Numbered from the stretch's first letter, positions 33,642 to 44,548 are shown. The stretch is 64,000 bases of DNA from an uncultured Chloroflexia bacterium (GCA_963709995.1 CAVPYN010000011.1:119604-183603); one strand, 5' to 3'. Numbers and translations are program-made. The notes: a model not told the origin generated them from the sequence alone.

Positions 33642-33898
33642 TTAGCGAGCGGGGTGCCGAGCCACTGCGTTATGCTATCGAGACGTGGTTGCGAGGATAG
33701 GGAGGGTTGGTCCCGGAGAGGATCGGTGTCTGACTGAGTCTTCGCAGCTCATCCTCATCGGGTGGCGCGCCGCCGGTGCGTTGCTCGTCGTCTTCACCCA
33801 CCGGCTGGAACTGGGCGGAGACGACAAAGGGCATGCCGGGCAGCAAGATGACCAGGCAAAGGAGGATGGCGCGTGGCAGCGAACAACCTGCGTGATGG

Positions 33899-35047
33899 TC
33901 AATTGATCTCCAGTCGCTGACCCACCTGATGATGGGCCAAACCAGCGAAGAGCTTCCCCGGGTCAAAGAGCCCTTCGACCAGCGCTCGCTCCCGGCCAAC
34001 AAGCGTTTCCATGTCAGTTCTCGCCAGCCAACCAACCGTCCCCGCCAGCCGGACGACCAGCGCCCTGAGAAAATCCTCATACAGACCGGGGAAGGCGTAG
34101 TTGTCAACTCCGGCCTGGAGGAGGCCGTGATGGTACGCCGTCATGATCTCACTTCCATGCTGGCGGAACTCTTCCAGGCTGAGGGAGTCAACCAGGAAGC
34201 CGGCAACATCGAGCATCGCCGCGCCGCGCGCCACGCCTTGCCAGTCGATGATGTGCGCGCCCGGCCCCTCATCCGACTGGATGAAGATCACGTTGTCCAG
34301 ATGAAGGTCACCATGAATCAGCGTTGCCGGCGACGACGCCAGGTCGTAGAGAATACGTTCGAGATGATCGCGCAGGCTGGAAATGAGCGCCGCGGCGTGC
34401 GGGTCCAGCATGGAACGGTATCGATCGACAACGATCGGGACTTGCTCCTGATAGCGCTGAACTCGATCCGGAATCGAGGTGGACCAATCCTCAAGCCAGT
34501 CGAGCGAGTAGATGTCCGCCTGGTTCCACCAGCGAGCATGGAGGGCAGCCAGCCCATCCAGAACCGAAACGGCTTCATCTACCGTGCAGCCGGCCAGGGC
34601 ATCGCCCGGCTCGCCATCTGAGAGATCCTCAAGGAGCAGCAAACACTCATCGTTGTCAGGGTCTGCGTGGCCGAAGTAGCACGCCGGAATCTGTGGGAAG
34701 AATCGGCTGAAGGATTGGTAGAAGGCGACTTCACGCGCGCACCGGCGAGCGAATTGCAAGGCGCGATCACTGTCTTTCGCCACCGCTCTACGAATGCTCG
34801 ATGCGCTGGCGCTGCTGGCGAGGGGGAACTTGGCGACGATCGTCCGCGGCGCCCCTTGGGAATCGGGCGAGTATTCCGGAGCTATCCGCGCGACAACTCC
34901 AGTAGATCCTCGCTCCTCGCCGATGATCTCGGTCTTGATCCCGACAACATGGCCAGCGGGCAAGAGTCCCTGCGCCCGCAACACCCCGGCCAACCATGCG
35001 GGTGTGATCTGGGCCGGAATTCGTGGAAGATCACTGCTAGCGGCCAC
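33899..35047 (-). CDS. Phosphotransferase family protein (APH / ecdysteroid-kinase-like)
   Basis: LIHGDLHLDNVIF catalytic loop and IIDWQGV motif. Confidence 0.75.
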   Translation of the reverse strand: MAASSDLPRIPAQITPAWLAGVLRAQGLLPAGHVVGIKTEIIGEERGSTGVVARIAPEYSPDSQGAPRTIVAKFPLASSASASSIRRAVAKDSDRALQFARRCAREVAFYQSFSRFFPQIPACYFGHADPDNDECLLLLEDLSDGEPGDALAGCTVDEAVSVLDGLAALHARWWNQADIYSLDWLEDWSTSIPDRVQRYQEQVPIVVDRYRSMLDPHAAALISSLRDHLERILYDLASSPATLIHGDLHLDNVIFIQSDEGPGAHIIDWQGVARGAAMLDVAGFLVDSLSLEEFRQHGSEIMTAYHHGLLQAGVDNYAFPGLYEDFLRALVVRLAGTVGWLARTDMETLVGRERALVEGLFDPGKLFAGLAHHQVGQRLEIN

Positions 35048-35224
35048 GTGTGTCGAGCCTCTCTCTGAACCGGCCGGGAAGTCCTGATCCCGTCCAACCG
35101 GCCTGCGATGGGCTGGAGTTGACAGAAAGTCATGAAAAACCCTGCTACAATGCCACTAACGCGATGGCGAGGCGCGCAAAATGGCTGTCGGAAGCTGCGT
35201 CCAACGCTTCATCAAGGACCTGCC

Positions 35225-36238
35225 ATGGCGACGACAAGAACCGGTGAGAGCCAACATCGAAATATTACGACGCCGGTCGGCAAGAACAACCGGCAAGATT
35301 CCCCTCCCCCTGAACCCAGCCCCGTTCCAGCCCCGTTCGTCCATCCAGCCGAAGCTGAATTTGCCGCTTTTCTCGATTTCTATCGCATCCGCTGGGAATA
35401 CGAGCCCAAGTCGTTCCCGCTCCGCTGGCGCAATGGCCGCGTCGCCGAGATGTTCACCCCGGATTTCTACCTGCCGGAACAGGACCTCTTCGTCGAGTTA
35501 ACAACGATGAAACAATCGCTTGTCACCCGCAAGCATCGTAAGATCCGTCGCTTCAAGACGATGTACCCGAATGTCAACGTCACCCTCGTCCACCGTAAAG
35601 CGTTTCACGAGCTACTCGGCCGGTTCGGATACGGCTCGATCGATATTAGCTCGCTGAAACCAGAAGAGATCGAGCGCATCCTCTTTTCGGCGTCGGAGAT
35701 TCGGGATCGCGTCGCCGCCCTGGGCCGCCAGATCTCGGAGGATTACGCTGGCGAGTCGCTGGTGCTGATCGGCCTGTTGAAGGGCATCACCTTCTTCCTT
35801 GCCGACCTCGCCAGGGAGATCACCCGGCCGCTGGCCATCGACTACCTCTCGATTGCCAGCCCGAATATCGCGCCAGATGGAATCGAGATCGAGCGCGGGC
35901 TGGATCTCGACGTTCGGGGCAAACACATCATCCTGGTCGAAGACATCGTCAACACCGGACTAACGATGGATTTCGTCCTGCGCTCGCTCCAGGTTCAGGA
36001 ACCGGCCAGCATCAACGTCTGCGCGCTGCTCGACAAGGTTGAGCGCCGCATTGTCGGGGTCGATGTCAAGTATGTCGGGTTCCAGATTCCGAACGAGTAT
36101 GTCGTCGGCTACGGGCTCGATCACCGCGAGCTCTACCGCAACCTGCCCTTCATCTGCGTCCTGAAACGCCACGTCTACGAGGAAGCGGACCAAACGTCGC
36201 TGAGCGATCTTGTCACCGCTGGCGGCGCCGGAGACTAG
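35225..36238 (+). CDS. hpt: Hypoxanthine phosphoribosyltransferase fused to an N-terminal PD-(D/E)xK-like domain
   Basis: The C-terminal half carries HPRT motifs (LIGLLKGITFFLADL, HIILVEDIVNTGLTM, YVVGYGLD). The N-terminal roughly 130 aa has E...FTPDFYLPEQDLFVELTTMK. Confidence 0.8.
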   Translation: MATTRTGESQHRNITTPVGKNNRQDSPPPEPSPVPAPFVHPAEAEFAAFLDFYRIRWEYEPKSFPLRWRNGRVAEMFTPDFYLPEQDLFVELTTMKQSLVTRKHRKIRRFKTMYPNVNVTLVHRKAFHELLGRFGYGSIDISSLKPEEIERILFSASEIRDRVAALGRQISEDYAGESLVLIGLLKGITFFLADLAREITRPLAIDYLSIASPNIAPDGIEIERGLDLDVRGKHIILVEDIVNTGLTMDFVLRSLQVQEPASINVCALLDKVERRIVGVDVKYVGFQIPNEYVVGYGLDHRELYRNLPFICVLKRHVYEEADQTSLSDLVTAGGAGD

Positions 36239-36261
36239 CCAGCGACGCTCTTCGATCGGGA

Positions 36262-36687
36262 TCAACCAGCCAGCGCGTTCGCCTGCGCTGCTTCGGCAAA
36301 GGTAGCGGCGTCCCAGATTCCGGCGCAATGCCCGTGTTGTTCCCGAATTCGCCCATCCGGATCCAGGTAGAACACGTGGGCCTGCCGAATGCCGACCTCT
36401 TCAGCCTGGCCATCATCGCCATCCCCGGGCTGTGTCCAGCGCCGCTCGAACTCGACGACCGCGCCGTCATCGGTGGAATTGACATACAAGTCTCGCACGA
36501 CCGCCGGACACGGAAACCAGTCGGCCATCTGGCGCGTCACATCGGACGCGCCCTTGACGGTGAAGTACCAGCGCGGGACGGTTCCCTTAAACGTGGCAGC
36601 CGGACTGTAATGCTGTCCCATGGACTGCCAGTCCCCGGTGCGAACACCTTCAAGAAAGGCCTCGATTGCGGGAGATTTCACGCTCAT
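36262..36687 (-). CDS. NTF2-like (SnoaL-like) protein
   Basis: MSVKSPAIEAFLEGVRTGDW... About 141 aa starting at the internal Met of ORF 36262..36900. Confidence 0.5.
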   Translation of the reverse strand: MSVKSPAIEAFLEGVRTGDWQSMGQHYSPAATFKGTVPRWYFTVKGASDVTRQMADWFPCPAVVRDLYVNSTDDGAVVEFERRWTQPGDGDDGQAEEVGIRQAHVFYLDPDGRIREQHGHCAGIWDAATFAEAAQANALAG

Positions 36688-36776
36688 GTGACCATCTCCA
36701 TCTTTACCCCAGAACTCTTGGGGAATACACTGAGAGCTGATTGCGACAAGGGCCATGTAGGCGGGAAACCGGGCGA

Positions 36777-37166
36777 CTAACCCTTGACATAGGAAAGCTT
36801 CTCCGCCACCTTTCCATCCCGAACGGTGAAGACATCGACACCCCGGACATGACCGGTTCCATCCGCGTTCTGCCAGCGATACGTCCAGCGGACGACGCAC
36901 CGATCGCCGGCCTCGATCATCTCTTCCACCTCGAAGGCAGCGGAAGGCGACGATTCGAAGAAGGCGCTGAACTCCCGTCGCACCGCCTCCTGGCCCACGA
37001 ATCTGGCGCCGTCAGGCGCCGGTGATGTGTTCTCGAAGACGCAGTCAGAGGTCATCCCGGCCATCGTCGCGTCGATGTCCTGACGGTTGAATGCCAGGTT
37101 GAACCGCTCGATGACAGAACGAGTCGATCTATCCCCGATGACGGTAGCTCGAGCCTCACCGGGCAC
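36777..37166 (-). CDS. SnoaL-like / NTF2 family protein
   Basis: IERFNLAFNRQDIDATMAGMTSDCVFE...VDVFTVRDGKVAEKLSYVKG. GTG start preceded by GAGAGGAG. Confidence 0.65.
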   Translation of the reverse strand: MPGEARATVIGDRSTRSVIERFNLAFNRQDIDATMAGMTSDCVFENTSPAPDGARFVGQEAVRREFSAFFESSPSAAFEVEEMIEAGDRCVVRWTYRWQNADGTGHVRGVDVFTVRDGKVAEKLSYVKG

Positions 37167-37296
37167 GGCAAACTCCTCTCGCTCTGCTGGCGCATCTACT
37201 CCGTAGTTTCAGGCGAGAAACCCGGAATTGCAAGCGAGCGAAGATACAATCTCTTAGGCAGGAATGCGAGATTATCTCGATAACGCGCAAGACAAC

Positions 37297-37330
37297 AGGC
37301 GCCTCCGGAGCAAAGTCTCCGGAGGCGCCT
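37297..37330 (-). terminator. Perfect 14-bp stem / 6-nt loop hairpin downstream of 37373..37936
   Basis: AGGCGCCTCCGGAG-CAAAGT-CTCCGGAGGCGCCT, about 43 nt after the stop of the minus-strand gene. The U-tract is weak. Confidence 0.55.
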
Positions 37331-37372
37331 GATTGTTCGGGGCATGGGACCGCATGTCCCGGCGCCGGTCGA

Positions 37373-37936
37373 CTATTGCCCGTCGCGCACGATGGCGTTG
37401 CCAGAGAAGAGCGGGAAGGGGAAGCGCGGGTCGGGCATCATGTTGCACCAGTCGGTACCGGCGGGCGCCTCCGCCGCGCCGATGCTCGTCGTGATATCGG
37501 GGTTTTGCGCGGCCACATTATTGAAATCGGTGTTGTCGATGACCATGAACCAGGTCTCACTGTTCAACACCCAGTTGAAGTCCTGACTGGCCGACCAGAT
37601 CTCATCCGCACCGCCAGCGATCCAGGCGCGATTCCCGTCGACATTGAGACAGGTCACTGGCCCGCGTAAGCGCAGGCCCAATGCGGGCAGCGAGGCATGG
37701 TACTGGCCATGAACGATTCCGTCCGCGTCCTTCCAGCCATTGACATGAAACGACGAAAGCTGTTCGTTGAAGTAGTACTGGTAACTCCCCTGAACCTCGG
37801 CAACGCCCTTGAGCTCTCCCACGTGCCCCTCGTAACCCGCTGGCTGAGCGAACACCGTCCCCACGCCAGCAATCGCCGCCAGGATTCCCACTAAACCCAG
37901 CCCTCGAAGTAGCCTCGTGCGACTCAAGCTCATCAT
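37373..37936 (-). CDS. Secreted hypothetical protein
   Basis: Signal-peptide-like N-terminus (LLRGLGLVGILAAIAGVGTVFAQP). No recognisable family. Confidence 0.5.
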   Translation of the reverse strand: MMSLSRTRLLRGLGLVGILAAIAGVGTVFAQPAGYEGHVGELKGVAEVQGSYQYYFNEQLSSFHVNGWKDADGIVHGQYHASLPALGLRLRGPVTCLNVDGNRAWIAGGADEIWSASQDFNWVLNSETWFMVIDNTDFNNVAAQNPDITTSIGAAEAPAGTDWCNMMPDPRFPFPLFSGNAIVRDGQ

Positions 37937-38209
37937 GTTGCCTCCCGTGGTTTCATGATCCCTAGAGGTCGTGCGTTGACCAGCTTCCTGATTTTCCTAC
38001 TAACGCAATCAGAACCAGGCGACGCTTACCCCTGTCACAATATGTCTCCTCCAACATACGCGAAGCATCCATTGGTGGCTTGAACGTATTCACATACCCA
38101 TCTGGAACGAAAACGAACATCAAGCCGGGACATCGGCGGGATCCTGGTGGTCGTCGCGCTGACCTGGGCCGTCTCGTAGTAGTCTAGGTTCGGAAATGGA
38201 GGGCAGCCG

Positions 38210-39208
38210 ATGGAGTATCTTCCGGATGGGCGTAGCTACGAACTCAGCAAAGAACTGCTCGAAGGGGCTATTGACATTCATGTCCACGCCGGGCCGCACC
38301 TCCCAAGCAGCCCGCGCAGGGTAGATCCGTTCGACGCGGCAATCGAGGCTCGGGAAGCTGGCATGCGGGCGATCGTCCTGATGGATGTCTTCGCGATGAG
38401 CACCGGCACGGCATGGCTCGTCGAACGGGTCGTTGACGGTATCGACGTCTTTGGCGGGATCATTCTCAACACAGCCCAGGGAGGCATGAACCCGCGCGCC
38501 GTGCGGACGGCCCTGGCTTATGGCAAAGCGGCGAAGTTCGTCAGCTTCGGCGCTCACTCCACTCGCTACCAGGCCGGCAAGGAAGGGCGCATCGTCAACG
38601 GCCGATTCCAGTCGCTCGCCGAGATCTACCCTGACTTCGCCCGGGACGAGTTGCCGATGACAATCGAAATCCCTGACGAAGAGCCCTCCCGCGAACTGGA
38701 CCAGATACTCCGCATGATTGCCGAACATCCCGACGTCTACCTCAACACCGGCCACGTCTCCAATGACGAAGCCAAGCGGCTCGTCTCGCTCGCCGGAACA
38801 TATGGCATTTCAAAGGTGCTGGTCGCCAGCTCGGTCACCAAAAATCTCAGCATTGACGAGCAGATCGAGCTCGCGGAAACCGGAGCCTACCTGGAACACA
38901 CGCTGGCGGCGTTTACCCACACGACCCCGATTCCAAAGACGCACTATTATGTCGAGCGAGAGTACACGTCGATCGACGAAGGCATGGTCGATGGACCAGG
39001 CGGGGGCATCCGCGCCGTCGCTGAGCAGATTCGGGCCGTGGGCGCCGAGCATTGCATCATCGCGACCGACTTCGGCGTCTATACCCTGCCCACTCCGGTC
39101 GAAGGGCTGCGGGAGTTCATCGCCAGCTTGCTCGATCTCGGCATTTCCGAAGAAGAAATCCGCATGCTGACATCCACCAATCCCGAGCGGTTGCTTGGCT
39201 TGCCCTAG
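38210..39208 (+). CDS. Amidohydrolase-like TIM-barrel protein
   Basis: IDIHVHAGPH metal-binding motif near the N-terminus, later GHVS and ATDFG motifs. Confidence 0.6.
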   Translation: MEYLPDGRSYELSKELLEGAIDIHVHAGPHLPSSPRRVDPFDAAIEAREAGMRAIVLMDVFAMSTGTAWLVERVVDGIDVFGGIILNTAQGGMNPRAVRTALAYGKAAKFVSFGAHSTRYQAGKEGRIVNGRFQSLAEIYPDFARDELPMTIEIPDEEPSRELDQILRMIAEHPDVYLNTGHVSNDEAKRLVSLAGTYGISKVLVASSVTKNLSIDEQIELAETGAYLEHTLAAFTHTTPIPKTHYYVEREYTSIDEGMVDGPGGGIRAVAEQIRAVGAEHCIIATDFGVYTLPTPVEGLREFIASLLDLGISEEEIRMLTSTNPERLLGLP

Positions 39209-39253
39209 GGCGTCGTCCACGCCGGCACTCCAGCCGGCGGTGAGGAGTATGTT

Positions 39254-39673
39254 GTGAGCGGCAGAATAGAGAACCACGGTGGATTTAGTGTCGTGCGGGC
39301 TGGAGGAGACGGCATTCATTTCGGCGCGTACCACAACGCCGCTGGCATCAACGCCCACACGGTGGGATCGACCGGCCTTTCGATGGATCTCCAGATGATC
39401 CCGCCGGGCGCGGTATCACCACCGCATGTGCATGCCGGTTTTGAAGTTGCCTTGTACGTGTTGTCCGGAACCATCATTCATCGCTGGGGCGCTCACCTGG
39501 AGCATGAATGCGAGGCTTCGAGCGGGGATATGATCTACGTCTTGCCAGATCTCCCCCATCAGAGCCTCAACGCCAGCAATACTGAGCCGGTCAAACTGAT
39601 CGTTGCCCGGACCACGGCAGACGGGGCAACGGGTAACGTTCCCTACGATCTGCCTGGCCCCGACCGCGATTGA
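39254..39673 (+). CDS. Cupin domain protein
   Basis: PPGAVSPPHVHAGFEVALYVLSG...GDMIYVLPDLPH two-motif cupin signature. Confidence 0.7.
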   Translation: MSGRIENHGGFSVVRAGGDGIHFGAYHNAAGINAHTVGSTGLSMDLQMIPPGAVSPPHVHAGFEVALYVLSGTIIHRWGAHLEHECEASSGDMIYVLPDLPHQSLNASNTEPVKLIVARTTADGATGNVPYDLPGPDRD

Positions 39674-39730
39674 CAACGCCGCGTTCCAGTGGGCAGCCAG
39701 GGCATGCTTGGATAGGCTTAGCCAGAGTGC

Positions 39731-41257
39731 TTGGGAACAGAAACCGGACAGGCATCGATGAGCGCAATTGCACTTGACACCAAAGAACAGTTGGATCTCG
39801 CCGGCGCGGGAGCGATCTTGCTCGTCTCCTGTTATGAACTTGGTCACCAGCCGCTGAATCTGGCGTTTCCGATGGCCTATCTTCGTAAAGCCGGCTACCG
39901 CCCTTCTGTTGTCGACACCTCTATCGACCGCCTCACGGATGAAGACATCCTGGAAGCGCGACTGGTCGCGATTTCTGTCCCGATGCACACTGCTCTCCGG
40001 CTTGGCGTCCAGATCGCAGAGCAGGTGCGGTTGCTCAATCCTGGCGCGTTGATCTGCTTCTACGGGCACTATGCCTGGCTCAACGCCGACTATCTTCTTC
40101 GCGAGATCTGCGACTTCGTCATTGGCGGCGAGTTCGAAGCCCCGCTCCTGCGGCTGATCCGGTCGCTGGAAACAGGAACCGGCGAACCGATCGAAGGTGT
40201 CAGCAGCAGGGATGTTCGCTCCGCGCCAGCGCTCGAACGCATCGATTTCTTTAGTCCCGACCGCGGCGCGCTTCCAGAGGCGGCCGAATATGCCTGGTTG
40301 GTCGATGGCGAGCGCAATGTCCCGGCCGGGTACACCGAAGCGACGCGGGGATGTCATCACACCTGTCATCATTGCCCGGTCGTCCCGATCTACAACGGCC
40401 GCTTCTTTGCCGTCCCGCGGCCAGTCGTTGTCGAAGACATCCGCCGGCAAATCATGGATGGCGCCGGTCACATCACCTTTGGCGACCCGGACGCGTTGAA
40501 TGGCCCGACCCATTTGCTGCGAATCCTGCGCGCGGTCCACGAGGAGTTCCCGTCGGTCACCTTTGACCTCACAACGAGGATCGAACATATCATCCTCAAC
40601 CGGGAGATCATGTCCGAGTTGCGCGAACTTGGCTGCATCTTCATCATTTCAGCCGTGGAATCGGTCAGCGATCTGGTGCTCGCGAAAATTGACAAGGGGC
40701 ACAACAAACGCGATATCGTCACCGCGCTTGGCATCTGCCGTGCCGCCGGGATCGCCATGCGACCATCGCTGCTGCCCTTCACCCCCTGGACGACGCTCGA
40801 CGATTATCTTGAACTCCTCGACTTCATCGAGAAGCATGAACTGATCGAGCATGTCGATCCGGTCCATCTCTCGATTCGCCTGCTGGTCCCGCCCGGCTCG
40901 GCACTCCTCGAACAGCCGGATACTCAGGAATGGATCGGTCCGCTCGACGAGGCCTCCTTCACCTACACATGGACCCATGCCAATCCCTTGGTGGATCAGC
41001 TTCAGCGTGACGTAGCGAAGATCGCTGAAGTTGCGATCGAGGAGGGATGGGATGGGTACCGGACATTCACCGAAATACGGGCGACGGCTCATCGAGCAGC
41101 CGAACAACCGCCTCCGCCCATCCCACCGCGTCGCACCGCGGGCAAAGCCCCTCCCCGGCTCACCGAGTCATGGTTCTGCTGAGCGGAACCCACCGCGAGC
41201 CAGTTCGGCTCGCAGCAAGGGAACAGTCAGGGATTCTCGAACCTCGTCGACGAGTAA
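39731..41257 (+). CDS. B12-binding radical SAM protein with CUAEP tail; TGA 41180-41182 read as selenocysteine
   Basis: CHHTCHHC (CxxxCxxC) cluster motif and an N-terminal B12-binding-like domain. The tail TGC TGA GCG GAA CCC reads C-U-A-E-P. The frame stays open for 24 codons to TAA 41255-41257. Confidence 0.7.
41195..41213 (+). promoter_or_regulatory. SECIS-like hairpin
   Basis: GCGAGCC-AGTTC-GGCTCGC, a perfect 7-bp stem starting 12 nt after the in-frame TGA, with GU in the apical loop. Confidence 0.55.
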
Positions 41258-41365
41258 CTGACGCTAGCCGAGCATCGGTTCGCGGCATCCACGATGGTCT
41301 TCGCGCGGCTCGCATCTTCGGTTAGAATGCCCGCCACGATTCGGACCCACAAGCGGGAGGCGGCC

Positions 41366-42586
41366 ATGAACCACCGTCTACTAATCGCTCTTCTCACGCT
41401 GTCGCTGGTGCTGGCATCACCGGTGGCGTTCGCCGCTCCCCCGGCGAATCGCCCACTGCTCGATACCTGGCAACGGACCGATCTGCCAGTTGCCGGGCAA
41501 CAGGTCAGTCGCACCTGGATGTGGGGACCCGAAGCGTTCACCGATGCCCTGCGCGAGCCCTATGCTGAATCTCCTGGTAACGGCCGGATGGTCCAGTACT
41601 ACGATAAAAGCCGTATGGAGATCACCGATCCAGGAGGGGATGCGGACAGCATCTGGTACGTCACGAACGGCTTGCTCGTGACCGAACTGGTCAGCGGTCA
41701 ACTCCAACTTGGGGACAACGCCTTCGAGCAACATCCTCCTTCGAACGCCAACATTGCCGGCGACTTCGACGACGTCTCCGGCCCGACCTACGCGGCGCTC
41801 CAGACTCTCCTTTATGTCCCGCTCGGGTTACCGGAAGATCCTCTGATCGCCCGTGTCGACCGCCAGGGCAACCTGACGGAGGATCCGTCGCTGGCAGGCC
41901 GCGGCATCTTCGCGAGCTATTACGTTGTCGAGACAAATCACAGAGTCGCCGAACCGTTCTGGGCGTTCATGAATTCAAACGGCACAGTCTATGAACAAGG
42001 CGCGTTCGTCGACGCGCGGCTCTTCCAGGACCCGTTCTTCGCGACCGGGTTCCCAATCACGGAAGCCTACTGGGCAACGGTTAAGGTTGGCGGAGGGATG
42101 AAGGACGTCCTTCTCCAGTGCTTCCAGCGGCGCTGCCTAACCTACACGCCGGATAACGCCCCAGGATGGCAGGTTGAATCCGCTAACGTCGGCCAGCATT
42201 ACTATCAATGGCGCTATGGCGAACTCGGACTCAGCCCACAGCCACAGCCTTATCCTGAGACCGGCGATGTCCGGGTGATCTTCGTGCTTGCCGACCCGAT
42301 CGATTTTGGAGAATCCGAAGGCGAGTACGTGGACATCCGCAACTACGACAGCTCGCCAATTCTGATGACCGGCTGGCGGCTGGAAGACGCGGCAGGCAAC
42401 GGCTACAACTTCCCGGACGGCTTCGTCATCGGCCTCGACGCGACGGTAAGGATCCATATCTGTGACGGCGCCGACAATGCGACGAATCTCTACTGGGGAC
42501 GTTGCTCGGCAGTCTGGAACAACAGTGGAGACACGGCCAGATTGATCGATTCAATTGGAACGGTTGTTCATCAATACAGCTACTAG
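41366..42586 (+). CDS. Secreted protein with C-terminal lamin-tail domain (LTD)
   Basis: Signal peptide MNHRLLIALLTLSLVLASPVAFA after a GGGAGG site. C-terminus EYVDIRNYDSSPILMTGWRLEDAAGNGYNFP...WNNSGDTARLIDSIG. Confidence 0.7.
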   Translation: MNHRLLIALLTLSLVLASPVAFAAPPANRPLLDTWQRTDLPVAGQQVSRTWMWGPEAFTDALREPYAESPGNGRMVQYYDKSRMEITDPGGDADSIWYVTNGLLVTELVSGQLQLGDNAFEQHPPSNANIAGDFDDVSGPTYAALQTLLYVPLGLPEDPLIARVDRQGNLTEDPSLAGRGIFASYYVVETNHRVAEPFWAFMNSNGTVYEQGAFVDARLFQDPFFATGFPITEAYWATVKVGGGMKDVLLQCFQRRCLTYTPDNAPGWQVESANVGQHYYQWRYGELGLSPQPQPYPETGDVRVIFVLADPIDFGESEGEYVDIRNYDSSPILMTGWRLEDAAGNGYNFPDGFVIGLDATVRIHICDGADNATNLYWGRCSAVWNNSGDTARLIDSIGTVVHQYSY

Positions 42587-42637
42587 TCGGTGGCAACGAC
42601 GCACGCTCATCCGCTGATCTCCCGAGAACCGGCAATG

Positions 42638-42665
42638 TAGGAACTACGTAGTGGGAACTACGTAG
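42638..42665. repeat. Two tandem 14-bp units T(A/G)GGAACTACGTAG, each containing the palindrome CTACGTAG
   Basis: Direct reading of 42638-42651 and 42652-42665 in the intergenic region between the LTD gene and pobA. Confidence 0.8.
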
Positions 42666-42858
42666 GATTCCCGATGCGCCATTCGGTAGCTCCGCCTACT
42701 CTAGAGTCATGATCTGATGAGCTGGCGATGACGCTGCAAGGCATCATCAATTTCAATCCAGGACCATTCAGCACATCGCTGGCTGGTCAGATCTCGACCC
42801 AGGGTCTGGTTGGCGAACCCCTCCTCTCCGGCCAGATCAGATTCCTACCCCTCCCTCG

Positions 42859-42889
42859 GCACCGCCAGCGGCCCCACCGCTGGCGGTGC
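42859..42889. other. GC-rich perfect hairpin (13-bp stem, 5-nt loop) in the pobA upstream region
   Basis: GCACCGCCAGCGG-CCCCA-CCGCTGGCGGTGC. Confidence 0.6.
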
Positions 42890-42920
42890 TGATTGTGGCT
42901 CCCAAGTTCCGGCGTGCTAG

Positions 42921-44534
<1,614 letters not shown>

Positions 44535-44548
<14 letters not shown>

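Noticed and set aside
33645-33898. Possible small secreted-peptide ORF (…AILLCLVILLPGMPFVVSAQFQPVGEDDEQ…) between orphan tip 3 and the phosphotransferase gene
   Set aside because: No in-frame canonical start lies upstream of the hydrophobic segment. Competing overlapping frames exist and no ribosome-binding site is visible.
39416-40588. 390-aa minus-strand ORF
   Set aside because: It is antisense to the radical SAM gene, which has clear motifs. The ORF has no motifs and an Arg/Asp/Gly-rich composition.
42638-42665. Tandem repeats considered as a CRISPR or minisatellite array
   Set aside because: There are only two 14-bp units with no spacers, so this is not a CRISPR array. I saw no other array-like repeats in the window.
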